In this document: positions 10,601 to 22,034 of the stretch, piece by piece
Position numbering within the stretch: the first letter of the stretch is position 1
Layout of the letters: every line of letters begins with the position of its first letter
NCBI GenBank assembly: GCA_946965045.2
Contig: OX337242.1
Coordinates: 1,798,001-1,862,000, forward strand
Source of the DNA: Epithemia pelagica
Lineage: Eukaryota > Protista > Bacillariophyta
DNA: 64,000 bases
Reading direction: 5' to 3'
Made by a program: the position numbers and the translations under genes
The notes under the pieces: generated by a model
What the model was told of the DNA's origin: nothing
The model's database searches: none
What the model saw: the letters and a program-made list of their open reading frames with translations, nothing else

Positions 10601-13094
10601 TGCCCCGGTAGCTGCGCCGAGATTTCTCACGAAGGAATTACCAACTTCCATTCCGTCTTCTAGAATGATTCCGTGACCTTTGGTATTGAAAACAACATTC
10701 TCTTCAACCAGCACGTTATCCGTTCCGTGAATAACGATAGCACGTTGGTTTGAATCTCTCACCGTATTTTTGGAAACTATGGAACCAGTGTTGTCACCAC
10801 AAAAATGGAAGTGGATTGGGTATCGCCCCAGCGTACCTTGTTGACCGAAATTCTTAACCTCGAGACCCTCAATGACCTGGGAAACCAAGGGTGTGTGTAT
10901 GAACCAAAAATGGCCTCCATGCAAGGGATTCGAGTCGGGTCCACCTTCAAACACGACGTTCCTTGATAGAAGTGCAACTTCGACCGCAAATCTAGAGTCG
11001 TCGAGAAGTGTTGTTGGACGCGAAATTGCCGAGTCCAGCTTCAGCTGCACAAGATTGGGATTGCTATGTGCCGAGATCCCTTCGATTTTTCGAACCTGGT
11101 GTCCGTCCCACTTGGTCGTATGACTCGTAATCAAGACTTCTGCGCCGGGTGCCCATTTACCCTCAACTGACTTGTCCACGACAAGAACGTTGGGATCGTT
11201 TCCAGTCACAACCAAGGAAATATTGTCAACCTCATAGTCCATTCCCGCAGTTCCACCAAGTTCAACTTGAACCTTACTGACTGAACTTCCGCTAAATCCG
11301 GAAGGAAGAATCACGTCACCTGTGCATGTAATCCATTCACGGCCTTCAACAGCCACACAGTCAGCTAGAGGTACTGCAATGGCTTCTCCAGATGTTTGTT
11401 CAGCTCTCAGACGGGGCATCAGCACAAAAGACCCCGATGTTATACCAATTGAAAGGCGAACATCAATTGAAAATCTGTTTACGAAAATGAATGAGATTGA
11501 AAATCCAAAAAGAAGAGAAAAAAATTTCCGACGTACCGTAGATTGGCTCCCTCGTTGGTACACCTAGGGTCCAGATCCCATGCAAGACCGCACTTTTCTC
11601 TGTCCCTACGACCACGAACTGAGAAGAAATGGTTTCCGGTCACAACTGGATCTTCCTCAACTGAGGTCAAAAGCCAAGAATGCGTTGGGTAGAACGGAAA
11701 TGGACTGTAGGTACCATGCTCGGCGTTTGCGGATGGAGCCACCAAAGAATCGCAACGGTTTTGTTGAGAAGAAGGGTAGAGGTTTTCGGGTGGGAGATAA
11801 AGATTCAGTTCTTTTATTTCCATATCTTCATTCAAACCCAATCCAACAAAGCGAATAATCTGGTAGACATTGGTTTCATCAAGCTGAACAGCAGAAAAAG
11901 TAACCTCTGTTGCAATCGTAAGCACGTCGCCATATTTGGTTCCCAATACATGAGATTCCTTCCACAAAACTGATCTTTGCCGCGTAGAGTCCGCTGTCAT
12001 GTGTTCATGTTCCACGGCCAAGCAGTTGTCACCACTCGAGTTACATAAAGTGGGGTTACCAACATCCTGGGCCGATTTCGAAACGCCAACTCGAGCTGTC
12101 AGTAGATACGTGCGATCAGTTTCGATGCAGTGATGAAAGGCTTTCAAATCCAAACGTGCCCCATGCAAGCGCGAGGTCCTTTCGTAGATTTTGAATCCTG
12201 TTGCAGAGCATTGAAACATGGAGCCAGGGTTGCCATCGAACTCAGGGCTTTGGCAGCGGTCTTGGTTGAAAATCCTCTCAAAGTACACACCATCGGCGCT
12301 ACAGCCGGTGTCCGAAGGCGGCGGGACGTAGGGATTAAACTCTGGTCCTGCGAAAAGAATGGAATCAGGCACGTAACCAACATCATGCAACTTCACCCAT
12401 GAGGGCGTGTCGTCGGGAATTCCCTTAACTAATAACGAGAGAACAACATGAGATGTGGCTTCGATCTGGAGTATTGACACAACAAGCATTCCCTCCGACT
12501 GTTCGTACCTCTCACCCTGCCTCCAGCGACAACAATAGACTTCTTTCCTGCCTTGCAAAGGTCACCGTGGTTACAATTCATGGCATTCTCTTCGATTGGT
12601 TTGAAGAATTGATCCGAGTCACCAGTTGTAATAATTTTAACGGCAGGTGTACCATCCACAGCTTTTCGAGAACGTACAATAAACTCTCCTTGAACGGCAA
12701 CCATGGTAGTATTGATGGTTATATCAGTACCATGGTTGATCTCCAGTCGACCACGAATGTCGATTCCATCCTGAAGAACGAGTTCAGGGCCTTCAAAGTC
12801 CATTTCCACGCATTCTCCACAATTCACAATGACTCGATCTTGGTGGACTGCCTGGGTTCCAAACCTGGTGGACCACTTGGTGCACGGAACCCTTCCAACA
12901 CCTGCATTGCACGCCAATGGCGTAAAGTCCTCCATGTGAAGCTGTCGCGACACAGACGAGGCATGACGATGGTGATCTCCTGGCAACAAGGGAGCGACGG
13001 ATGATAATCCACGAAAGGAGGCACAGTGTCCAAACTGCATCCCATCCTGCGGAACCAACAGCACCACAAGAGCAGTGGCAATCGAGAGTTTCAT
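7625..13094 (-). CDS. Secreted G8-domain / parallel beta-helix protein with CBM4_9-like modules (~1704 aa, 6 exons)
   Basis: Exons 13094-12509, 12428-11537, 11474-10550, 10470-10279, 10212-9802, 9733-7625; all introns GT-AG; total 5115 nt = 1705 codons. Signal peptide MKLSIATALVVLLVP. G8-like GIDIRGRL...VQGEF...KKSIVVAGG. PKHD1/CEMIP-type FGQQGTLGRYPIHFHFCGD, RAIVIHGT, PATFWISNPTN...NVAAGSEGSGFWF. C-terminal repeats LIRNGNSE / LVENGDFS / MLVNGDMR. Confidence 0.8.
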
Positions 13095-13639
13095 TTTCTT
13101 CTTTCAAAATCAGTTTATAGGCGGTTCTTCAACGATTTGGAATTTCCCAGCTTTTGATTTTATGAGGAATGTTTCAGACCGATTCATCTTCCGTTGACAC
13201 CAACAATTCATCAGTTGTGACTTTTCTTACATGTGACTTTGTTGGCTGGGCCTCATGCCTGCAATGGGATCTCAGTCATTATACAACTCCAATGATCCAC
13301 ATAAATCATATGTACCTCCACGCTTGGGACAGGCCCGATACTCCGTCTTGGGTGTCTCGGATTGACAGTGTCACTGGTTTCTTTCTCTTTGACAGTGGTC
13401 TTGACCGCGGAGAGAAAACGACCTAAGTATACTTCGGGATTATCGGTTTTCGCGAATAAACTGAGAAAACAAAACGGACGCATCCCGGTTGGATCCCAGA
13501 TTCAATGACTCTGTCAACTCCAAGCGCTATTTTACTACAACTGCAGAGCCCTCGGTCGGAGCAGGAGGTTGGTTCCAGTCTGAAGCAAAGAGCAGGGAAC
13601 CGGAAAACTTGAACGTTCCCAACCAACTTTTGTGTAAGC

Positions 13640-16511
13640 TCAGGACCATTGTCCCGTCGGCACGGGGAGTCCTTCGAATTTGCGTCTCCGTCGTGCCGCT
13701 TCGGTTCGGAAAAAGTGTCGGTCCCACAGGGCCTTTTTCCAATACATGACGGAGAGCCAGAGTTGGACCCATCGCGATCGACGGGCGTTGGGTTTGGGAA
13801 CGCCCGTGTGGGTGTAACACAGTCTGCGGTAGGACTCCAACAACGGACGCGCGGCATCCAACACATTGTAGGTGGGAAAGGTTTGGCGGGCCAGGCTTTC
13901 AATACACAAGACATTGACCACCAAGGTGGCATAATTCGCGTCGATTCGTATCTGATACTTTCGAATCAAACCTGGAGAGAGAGACAGAGAGAAACGAGAA
14001 AGCAAACGGAGTGAGCCAAACAGGGGTCTCCTCAAGACGGACCAGACGCACGAATCTCCCGCAATCGTGACACACACACACGTACCCAACACTCCGCGAA
14101 GGACTTCTCCGACATCGACATTGGTACCATATCCCCGACAGGTGTGTTGAAAGAGAAGTTGCATGTCGTCGGTAAAGGCTTGTTGGTCCGCAGGAGAAAT
14201 CCCGTGGTGATTTTCGTGGGAAAACAAGAGGGCAAAGTGTGCCGCTTCTCGACCATTTCCCGATCCCAAACACGACAAGAGTCCAATAAAGACGGAACCT
14301 TCTTCGTCCGTCAATTGGGCCACCATTCCGGCATCGACCAAGGTTACCATCATGCCATTCTTGCTGGGTCGTCGTCGTCTCCAATGAGGTGGATCCACGA
14401 CGGCCACGGCCGTTTTACTCGACTCCTTGTTGTGTTGGTGATTGTGATGAAACAAATCCAACATGATGTTCCCTGATAATCATAAAGAATAACAACAATA
14501 ATAGTGTCACAACACACAAACTGAGACAGGCGTCAACCGTCGTGCTGATCGATTGTGTTTCCTTGTACGTACCGGGATGCAAATCGGCGTGCATGAGATT
14601 GTCAACGAGGAGCATTTTCAAGTAAATGCCCACGCCCGTCGTGACAATAAAACGTGCGACCTCCAAGGGTACCAATTCATGTCCTTGAACATGGGCGGCT
14701 GCGTGCGCCATGGCAGCTGTCCATTCGGGCGTCGTCGAGGTTGGATCGTTGGGTTCCTGGACGGTATAGGCGTCCGGATCGTCGGGGTGGTGGTCGTCCA
14801 CTTGCACAATGGTGGGACGACGACTCCAGGGCCAGGATCGTTGTTGACGTCGTTTTGGATGGGCCGTGGCGCGTTGATGCAATTGCTGGGCTTGCACTTG
14901 ATACTCCTTCAAGACACTGGTGACAATGCGTCCCGCTTCAAAGGTTTCAATAATGACCGCGTCCGAGGCAAAAATGGGATGGGGAAAGTTGACTTGCGGC
15001 CAGGCGGCAAAATTGGTATTGAGCAATTCCAAATGATGCGCTTCCACGTGCAAATCGGCTTGGGCGGCCATGGTACTGGAAAATTGGTCGACACTTTCTC
15101 GCAAGCACAACCACCGGAGGCCGGGTACCAGACGATCGACCCAGGTGGCCGTCATGGCCATGAGACAAAAATCCAATTGCAACAATTCCGCGACGCGGGG
15201 ATGTCGAATTTTGAGAGCGACCCATTCTTGATTCAACACGGCCCGATGGACTTGGGCAATGGATCCGGAGGCCAAGGGTTGCGGGTCAATCACGTCAAAG
15301 ACGAGCGGCAAGGTATTGGGGGCCAACTGGAGGGCCTGTTCCAATTCCGATTGGGACCGTTTCCAGTCATGAGCAGGTGCTTCATTGTGCAATTGACTGA
15401 GGGCTTGACAAAAGACGTCGGGAAACATGTCGTTCCGGGTCGATGTCCATTGTCCCCATTTGATAAAGGCCGCGCCGGAATGGGCCAAACACTGAGTCAC
15501 CCACGGATACCAACACTGTCGACGAAAGGGTGGACACCAATAGGCCAACCCCACCGTCGACCAGGCGGGAAAAAATCGCCACGTCAAGGTCACGGCCCGA
15601 CCGGCCAATTGCCACACCGAAGGCGGTTTCAGACTGGCAGTTTGCCGTTCCCGGTGGAACTGTTGGGTGAAATTGGAGGAAAAGGGCAAATCTTCCAAAT
15701 GCAATTGGTCGCGATTGGCCGGAAAGGGATCGTTGGATTTCTTGTTCGGGGAGTGTGTTGTGGGGGGACTCTCGACTTTGTTGTTTGGTTGTGGCACGGC
15801 GACGCCGTGCGCCGACACGACCGAGGGTTGCTGGTGTTGTCGTCGTTGCATCCAGGCCGCGACACGTTTTCCCCGATGTCCCTTTTGCACGTGCTCCAAT
15901 CGACGGGCCAAAATGTCTTGAACGGCTCGTGCTTGTGCCACGGCTTGCGGAGACACCGAGGACGACACTGACTTGGTGGTCGTTGTGGCATCCTCTTGGG
16001 TCATGCCATTGTCCTGTTGTCCTCCTCGAAGACCCATTCGTAGAGGGTGCCGCTGCCATGACAGTGCCTTGTGGTGGTTGTGGTTGTTTGGTGGGAGTGG
16101 ATGCTGGAGCCGTCTCGCGTCGTGGGTGGACGGAACGATGACACCACCAAAGTTTGGATCAAGTGAAAGAAGGACTTGTCTGGTTGTGGTACGACACGGC
16201 TGGAATACGGACCCTTGTCCTGCGACAAACTCATCATTCTGGGTTTCCAACTGTCTCTCCAATGGTCGTTGTTGTGATGGTGGTTCGTTTGTCACTGGTA
16301 ACGTGGTCCCTCTGAATGTTGCTGTTGTTGTTGCTGCTGTTGTTTGGGTTCCACGATTTGAATCCAGGAGTGTCGTCGTCGTCGTCGTTGTAGTGGCGGC
16401 CACCCGCAGATCTACCACCACCAACAGCACACTTACCACCACCCAAACGAGCCACCGTCGTCCTTGGGGTGGTGGGAACCTACTGCAGCGCTGGATTGTG
16501 TGTTGCACCAT
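13640..16511 (-). CDS. ABC1/UbiB atypical kinase, ADCK2/Cqd1-like (~885 aa, 3 exons)
   Basis: Exons 16511-14573, 14472-14086, 13971-13640 (2658 nt = 886 codons). Motifs FIKWGQWTSTRNDMFP, LASGSIAQVHRA, VALKIRHP, MHADLHPG/NIM (split by intron 1) and LVDAGMV. Confidence 0.85.
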
Positions 16512-17009
16512 GTTGCTGCTCTGGTCGTTTGTTGTGTGGGTCTGTTGGCTCCTTTTTCTCTGTCACAGACTACAAGCAACGTATTAGGAGTATCTCCTCT
16601 ATGGATATATTCTAGATCGTCCTCCAAAAGCTGCACGCAGCGAAAGAAAGTGCCAATGCAAGGAACGTGGATCTTCCGACCCAAACTCCAGCCGCATTGC
16701 CATCTGAATACTACTTAGCAGTTTTGGATTCTAAACGGATTAAATATATTGGAAGCGTTGATTCGAAAGAAACGTTCAGGATTGTATAATCACAACTCAG
16801 AGCGAAAATAAAGATACATTCATAGTATATTATTATGACATTTATATCAGAACGCTTCGAAGAACCGGCAGTCCAGACCGTGACTGACGTCAGAACTGGA
16901 TCTTTTTTGGTTTGTGTTGACTCTCTCTCTTTTGTTGTGTTCACAAAAGAACCATAGACAATTCATCATCTCGTTGGAATCTGGACGTAGTACCTTCTTG
17001 TCTTATACC

Positions 17010-17597
17010 ATGAAAGTTTCTCTTGTGTTGGGTTCCTTGGCGTGCTTGGTGAATGGCTCGGCCGCCTATCAACCGGCCGCTTCTTCGCCAACGACGACTC
17101 GTCGTGGGTGGTTCACCCAAGCCGCGGGTGCAGCGGCCGTGGTGGGGGCCACCCTGATTCCAGCTTCGTCAGCTCACGCCCTCGAGGCCTGTCCCAAGAA
17201 TTCCAAAAATTGCATTCGTACCACCTGGACGCCACCGGCCGACGTTAAGGACGTGGGTCAATCCCTTGTCAACGTCTTGAATGCCTATCCCCCAGAGGGT
17301 CAGGCCGATGTGGACAAGGGTGGTTATACCATTGTGTCCAATTCCTTGACCGCCACCAGTGGTTCCGCGGCGGTCGAATATAAGAGTGGAATTGGCAATT
17401 TTGCCAAATTTTTGAATGGTGGCAAACCCTTTGTCGATGACGTGACGGTGGAAATTGACGAAAGTACTGGTGTTGTGCAAGTCAAGTCGGCCTCCCGAGT
17501 CGGCGATTCTGATTTTGGCGTCAATCAAAAACGATTAACCTACTTGGCCTCTGCGCTCAAGGCCCAAGGATGGACCGTCCCCGATCCAACCTATTAA
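17010..17597 (+). CDS. DUF1499-like protein with bipartite plastid + twin-arginine thylakoid-lumen presequence
   Basis: Signal peptide MKVSLVLGSLACLVNGSAA-Y, then TTRRGWF...AAAVVGA...SAHA (TAT-like with AxA cleavage); ACPKNSKNC; KSASRVGDSDFGVNQKR. Confidence 0.75.
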   Translation: MKVSLVLGSLACLVNGSAAYQPAASSPTTTRRGWFTQAAGAAAVVGATLIPASSAHALEACPKNSKNCIRTTWTPPADVKDVGQSLVNVLNAYPPEGQADVDKGGYTIVSNSLTATSGSAAVEYKSGIGNFAKFLNGGKPFVDDVTVEIDESTGVVQVKSASRVGDSDFGVNQKRLTYLASALKAQGWTVPDPTY

Positions 17598-17844
17598 GAC
17601 ACAATCAAACCAATGGAACCAGTCGTCCCAAACACAACGCAACACAACACACACGAGGCGCAGTTCCAAGACTCTGGAAGCCCCTTGGATCCAACCGACC
17701 AGAAACCAAACCAATTAAACGTAGAGGTAGTAACATGAGGATCCACGAAACGCGACAGCGTGTTACTTTTTTACGTCACTTGCAATCGTAGAGAGAGCAT
17801 GGTTGCATTCCTGCAACCAGTTTTGTATAAATCTCTTTGTTGCC

Positions 17845-17931
17845 ATCCAAGTGAGGTCTTTGTATTATATGTGTTTTTTCCGACGGAATCCAAGTGAGGT
17901 CTTTGTACAGATGGTGTTTTTGCCGACGGAA
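17845..17931. repeat. Two tandem copies of a 43-bp unit (ATCCAAGTGAGGTCTTTGTA...CCGACGGA)
   Basis: Copies start at 17845 and 17888; the first 20 bp are identical. Confidence 0.8.
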
Positions 17932-18485
17932 TTCCAGCGAGTCTTTTCTTTGTGGTCGAGTGCACAGTTCTTTCTCCCTCTCTCGAACTCGCTCTCCCTC
18001 TCTCGAAAGGGTGTGTTTCGACGCGCTCATGGTTGTTTTTGCAGACAATGGCCGTCGTTGGTCACGTGTTTGGCTGCGACAAGACGCCATTCCTGCTGTA
18101 TCCACTGGGAACAACAGCGATCGTCATGGCACAACCACGGCACAATTCTCAAGACCCTCCTCCTGAGAGGCAGCAGTACGTCTGCAGGAAGCATACAATA
18201 CATCTACACATACACACATGGAACCAAACCAACAACCACACACGCCGACCACCCACCGTCTCCTAGTGGTGGTGGGCCTCCAACCTCTGTCCTTGTATAC
18301 CTTTTCGGTACGTCCGTCTACCTAGATATTCTAGCCAATCGTAGTTTGCTTCATTCTCCCGTTCCATTAGTTCTACGGAATGGCCATGACAAGCGAGTGA
18401 CGCAGAAGAACGTGTACGCGTTCAAACTAAGAAACGTCTGGACCACAACATCTACATATGCCATGGTCCTTGGTGACATGGGTTT

Positions 18486-19970
18486 TTAATTGAACACGGG
18501 AATGAGAAGTTTGCTGTCCTTGGGAATCTTGACACGATGGCCAAAATTGTCTTTCACAAACTCCATCAATTTCCGTCCGGCATGTTGATCACCGTAATGG
18601 TCCAACATGTACTCACGGGGCCGGTACGTGTCCAGCTGGGCGAGGAAGTTCGTCAAGCTGGGGCGGAAATCGGACATGTTGTGAAAGAATGCACCGGTTT
18701 GATTGGTAATGTATTTCCAACCACCCACGATATTGTCATTCATAAAGACTGGTACGTTCAACGTCAGGGCTTGCGCGGCGACGCGGGGAGAGGCATCGTA
18801 GATTTGTGGCACGAGGAGGAATCGGCTTTCTCGCATGTAATCCCATACTTCAGCTTGCGTCAGGAATGGAGTTTGAAGGACTCGTCCCTGGCACGACGGT
18901 GGAATATCACACGCCTTTCCCGTCTTGGCATCCTTGGTCACCAGCAGGACACCTGTCAATTGAAATTCGCCACACAAAACGTCCAATGCGTGGTCCCGAA
19001 GAAAGGGCCAGTTTTTGGCATAGGCGCCCCAACTGTTGCACGCGCCCGTTTCGGTATTCAAGTCGGACATGGCGTAGACAAAGTCATACTTTTTCAAATG
19101 TTTCGCCTCCGAAACCTCCTTTTCGTAGTCAATGTCGGGAAGATTAAAGTCCGATTGAGACATGTCCAACACCTTGACATGGTCGGGAAAGTTGGTTTGA
19201 TTTGCTCGATACATGTTGAGCCATCCGGGGAACATGCCAATGTATTTGTCGGGAGAAAACTTGGTCGACCAAGGATTGGGACTGGGATAGGGGAACGCTT
19301 CATAACTCATGATACCCAAAAAGAGAATATCCTTCTTGTATTTCTGGTACAACTGTTCATGGTGCTCGGAATGGAACATGTTGCGAACCAAAATAATGTT
19401 GACGTACGTTCCATTCTCATCACTCACGGGTTGGAAGGGACTTAGTTGGATCAGGTCCTTGTACGCTGGATGGACGTGTTGAGGTTTGCGGTCACAGTGG
19501 TTGGTGGTGATATTCCAGCGACACTCTCCGTGGCACCAAGTCGCCCCGTGACCCATGGGACAGACACTGCAACTCGCCGCCCAATGATTGCCGCAACGGA
19601 CCGTTTTTCTTCCTGGCGAAACGGAGAGGGGGGCATGGTCTTGAATCACGTGAACGACTGCGCCATTTTGTCGGAGTCGACTCACGGAGCAATTCTTGAT
19701 TATCAACTCCCGATTAACCACACCCAGTTTTTTGGCACCAGTGGTCTGCCTGTCAACTCTTTCTTGGTCTGTCCCGCTCACCAAAAACTCCAACTTGTCT
19801 AGAAAAAATTTCACATCCGTCTGGAAAGGCTTGCGTGATATGGCAGTTGGAAGTTGGCAGGCGTTCTGCTGAACAAGACTCGAAAGAATGTTGTCCGGAG
19901 GCCACAAAATCCACGCAGAAAACAAAATGAGGCAACAACCAAACCAACAACAACACCAAAACGGCCTCAT
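18486..19970 (-). CDS. Type II membrane glycosyltransferase-like protein (GT-B C-terminus) with a 6-Cys module
   Basis: N-terminal TM segment; CGNHWAASCSVCPMGHGATWCHGECRW module; GT-B/GT4-like signature ESRFLLVPQIYDASPRVAAQALTLNVPVFMN. Confidence 0.6.
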   Translation of the reverse strand: MRPFWCCCWFGCCLILFSAWILWPPDNILSSLVQQNACQLPTAISRKPFQTDVKFFLDKLEFLVSGTDQERVDRQTTGAKKLGVVNRELIIKNCSVSRLRQNGAVVHVIQDHAPLSVSPGRKTVRCGNHWAASCSVCPMGHGATWCHGECRWNITTNHCDRKPQHVHPAYKDLIQLSPFQPVSDENGTYVNIILVRNMFHSEHHEQLYQKYKKDILFLGIMSYEAFPYPSPNPWSTKFSPDKYIGMFPGWLNMYRANQTNFPDHVKVLDMSQSDFNLPDIDYEKEVSEAKHLKKYDFVYAMSDLNTETGACNSWGAYAKNWPFLRDHALDVLCGEFQLTGVLLVTKDAKTGKACDIPPSCQGRVLQTPFLTQAEVWDYMRESRFLLVPQIYDASPRVAAQALTLNVPVFMNDNIVGGWKYITNQTGAFFHNMSDFRPSLTNFLAQLDTYRPREYMLDHYGDQHAGRKLMEFVKDNFGHRVKIPKDSKLLIPVFN

Positions 19971-20559
19971 GCTTCGTCACTGAGCACTGAGCATCTCATC
20001 TTTGTCAGCATAGTAAGTTCCACAAAGCTTAACCCCTGCATTGGAATTGGACAATGGTTTGGGATAGGTTCTCTCACTTCTTTGCCATAGTGCCATGTGT
20101 TTGTGCCATATAACATCCATTTTTGGTCCATACACTGGACGGCAGCTAAAATCAATTGTAGGATTATTTTAGTATTCTATAGAGTTTTAAAGCTCAGTGA
20201 GATAGAATTAGTGGTGCAAACCATCCATTTCTCATCTGTTGCTCAGTTTGAGTCTTCAGTTGCTTGTGTTGTCGACTTGCTCCTCTTGTTCTTTTTTTGC
20301 CCGGAGCATGCTTGTGTTTCTGAGCAGCATTTGGGACTCTGCATGCTCCATAACAAAAGCACGAAGAGAGTCATTCCAAATAGGGGTGTAGGGTGTACTT
20401 TTAGGTCAAGGTCACAATTGCTTGCAAAGAGACATGCCTACGGCATAGACAAGGTGTTGTGGATGAGGGTGAGCTTTTAAACCGAGAACTACAGGAGAAA
20501 AACAACACAAGAAAAAGGAGGGATGGGGGCACAGCCAAACTCTATCTATGGTCTATTCA

Positions 20560-21078
20560 GGCCGTTCCTATAGCATCGACAAAACCAAACCTGAAGCGTG
20601 ACACGTCACTAAAAACCCGGAAATATGACGGCAAATCCGGGTTTTCTGTCATTTCAGGTTTTGCAACGACAAAAGCTGAGCGCAGGTTTTGCAATTTTTT
20701 TAACCCTCCAAACCAATTTTTACCATTAGGGATAATCCGAAATGACATTAGGGATAGTGTTTTATCTATGCTAGTGTATGTTTTTCCTACAGAAATGACA
20801 AATTACGGTTACTATATGCGCGGCGCGCGTTCGACTTCAACGGTCACCCTAACCCCAATGAGGCTACATGAAACATGCGGGCTTGATGTCCTACTTCAAA
20901 ACTTTTAGTATTCAACTACTTCAAGTGAATTTGGGGACTGTTGGGGGCCTTGGGGGAATGCAGCGCGGAATCGGGTTTTGGTTTTGCCGGTGCTATAGGA
21001 CGGCGAAACGCGCCAAAACTGAATTTAGTGATGACGTCACGCTTCAGGTTTGGTTTTGTCGATGCTATAGGAACGGCC
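20560..21078. mobile_element. MITE, PIF/Harbinger (Tourist)-like, 519 bp
   Basis: Perfect 43-bp TIR GGCCGTTCCTATAGCATCGACAAAACCAAACCTGAAGCGTGAC (20560-20602 / 21036-21078). 3-bp TSD TCA at 20557-59 and 21079-81. No transposase ORF. Confidence 0.85.
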
Positions 21079-22034
21079 TCATGTCAAAAATGTCAGTGGT
21101 ATGCATGATAGAGAATGCATGCTCATGGTGCATGTCCATTGTCCATGAGAAAGAGGGAGAAGAGAAGAAGACGAGAAAAAATTGTGTGGGCTGGGACTTG
21201 GAACAGGGGAAAGTGACGCAGAACGAAGACCAACGGTCAAAGCGCGCACGTCTGCTCACAAGATTTCAAAAGGGTGACCCAGAAGGCCGGCGTGATCATT
21301 TTCATTTTGACCAGAAATTTCATCAAAAACGCAAAAAAACGAAAATGAAAATGTTGGTCGGGAAGAGCGACCGGATTAAAAAACTGGGTGTGCTTAATCG
21401 GGAGTTGCATATCGATATGGGCATAAGCGAAGCGGTCCACTCAAATTCTCTACGTGACTGAAGCTCGTTGTATTTATTGGTGTCTCCGAGCCGTCCCCAC
21501 AACGTGGCGTAAAAAGCCCACCGACGGTCCCATGTCCTGTCTCACTTTTTTGGTGGGGCCTCTTTCTTATCCTTCCTTGCGCTGTTGTTGGAGTTTGTTG
21601 CACACATGACGTGTACTTGCCCACAAGATTGAGTTGGTCTCATATCTTGAATTCTTCTCCACACTTTATCAATAGCCAACAGATCCAGAGCCCGAATCCC
21701 GAACGACGAACTCCAAGGTACGCCCAACGATTCGTCGACGATTGGATGTGTCCAACAGGATGGAGACGAAGCATTTGATTCGTGGAATGAGGCATTCCAC
21801 TCGTACCGTTGCTCATGTTTCGGAAACCTCCAAATCTTTTTGGATGAATGCAGGTTACAAAGAACGAGTTTGAATCCTCATCATTTTTTCATCTTCTTTC
21901 GTTTGTGTGTGAGGCAGAGGTTCATTGAATCATTTTATCGGTTTGAGACCATGCTGTATCAACACAACAGACGGGCACAAGCCTTGCCACCGAGTGGTAG
22001 TAGTCCTCTTCTCCGCACCCCTCGTAGCACTCCC

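Noticed and set aside
14553-15971. Long opposite-strand ORFs (e.g. 14553-15971 +, 2109-3107 -, 18537-19445 +, 55236-55943 -)
   Set aside because: They lie antisense to well-supported genes and have no motifs; typical shadow ORFs.
19960-19971. 12-bp match AACGGCCTCATG between the GT start codon region and the MITE right junction
   Set aside because: A 12-mer match is expected by chance many times in a 64-kb self-comparison.
20868-21461. 197-aa ORF with repeated WFCRCYR motif
   Set aside because: The repeat is the translation of the MITE's duplicated right end; not a gene.
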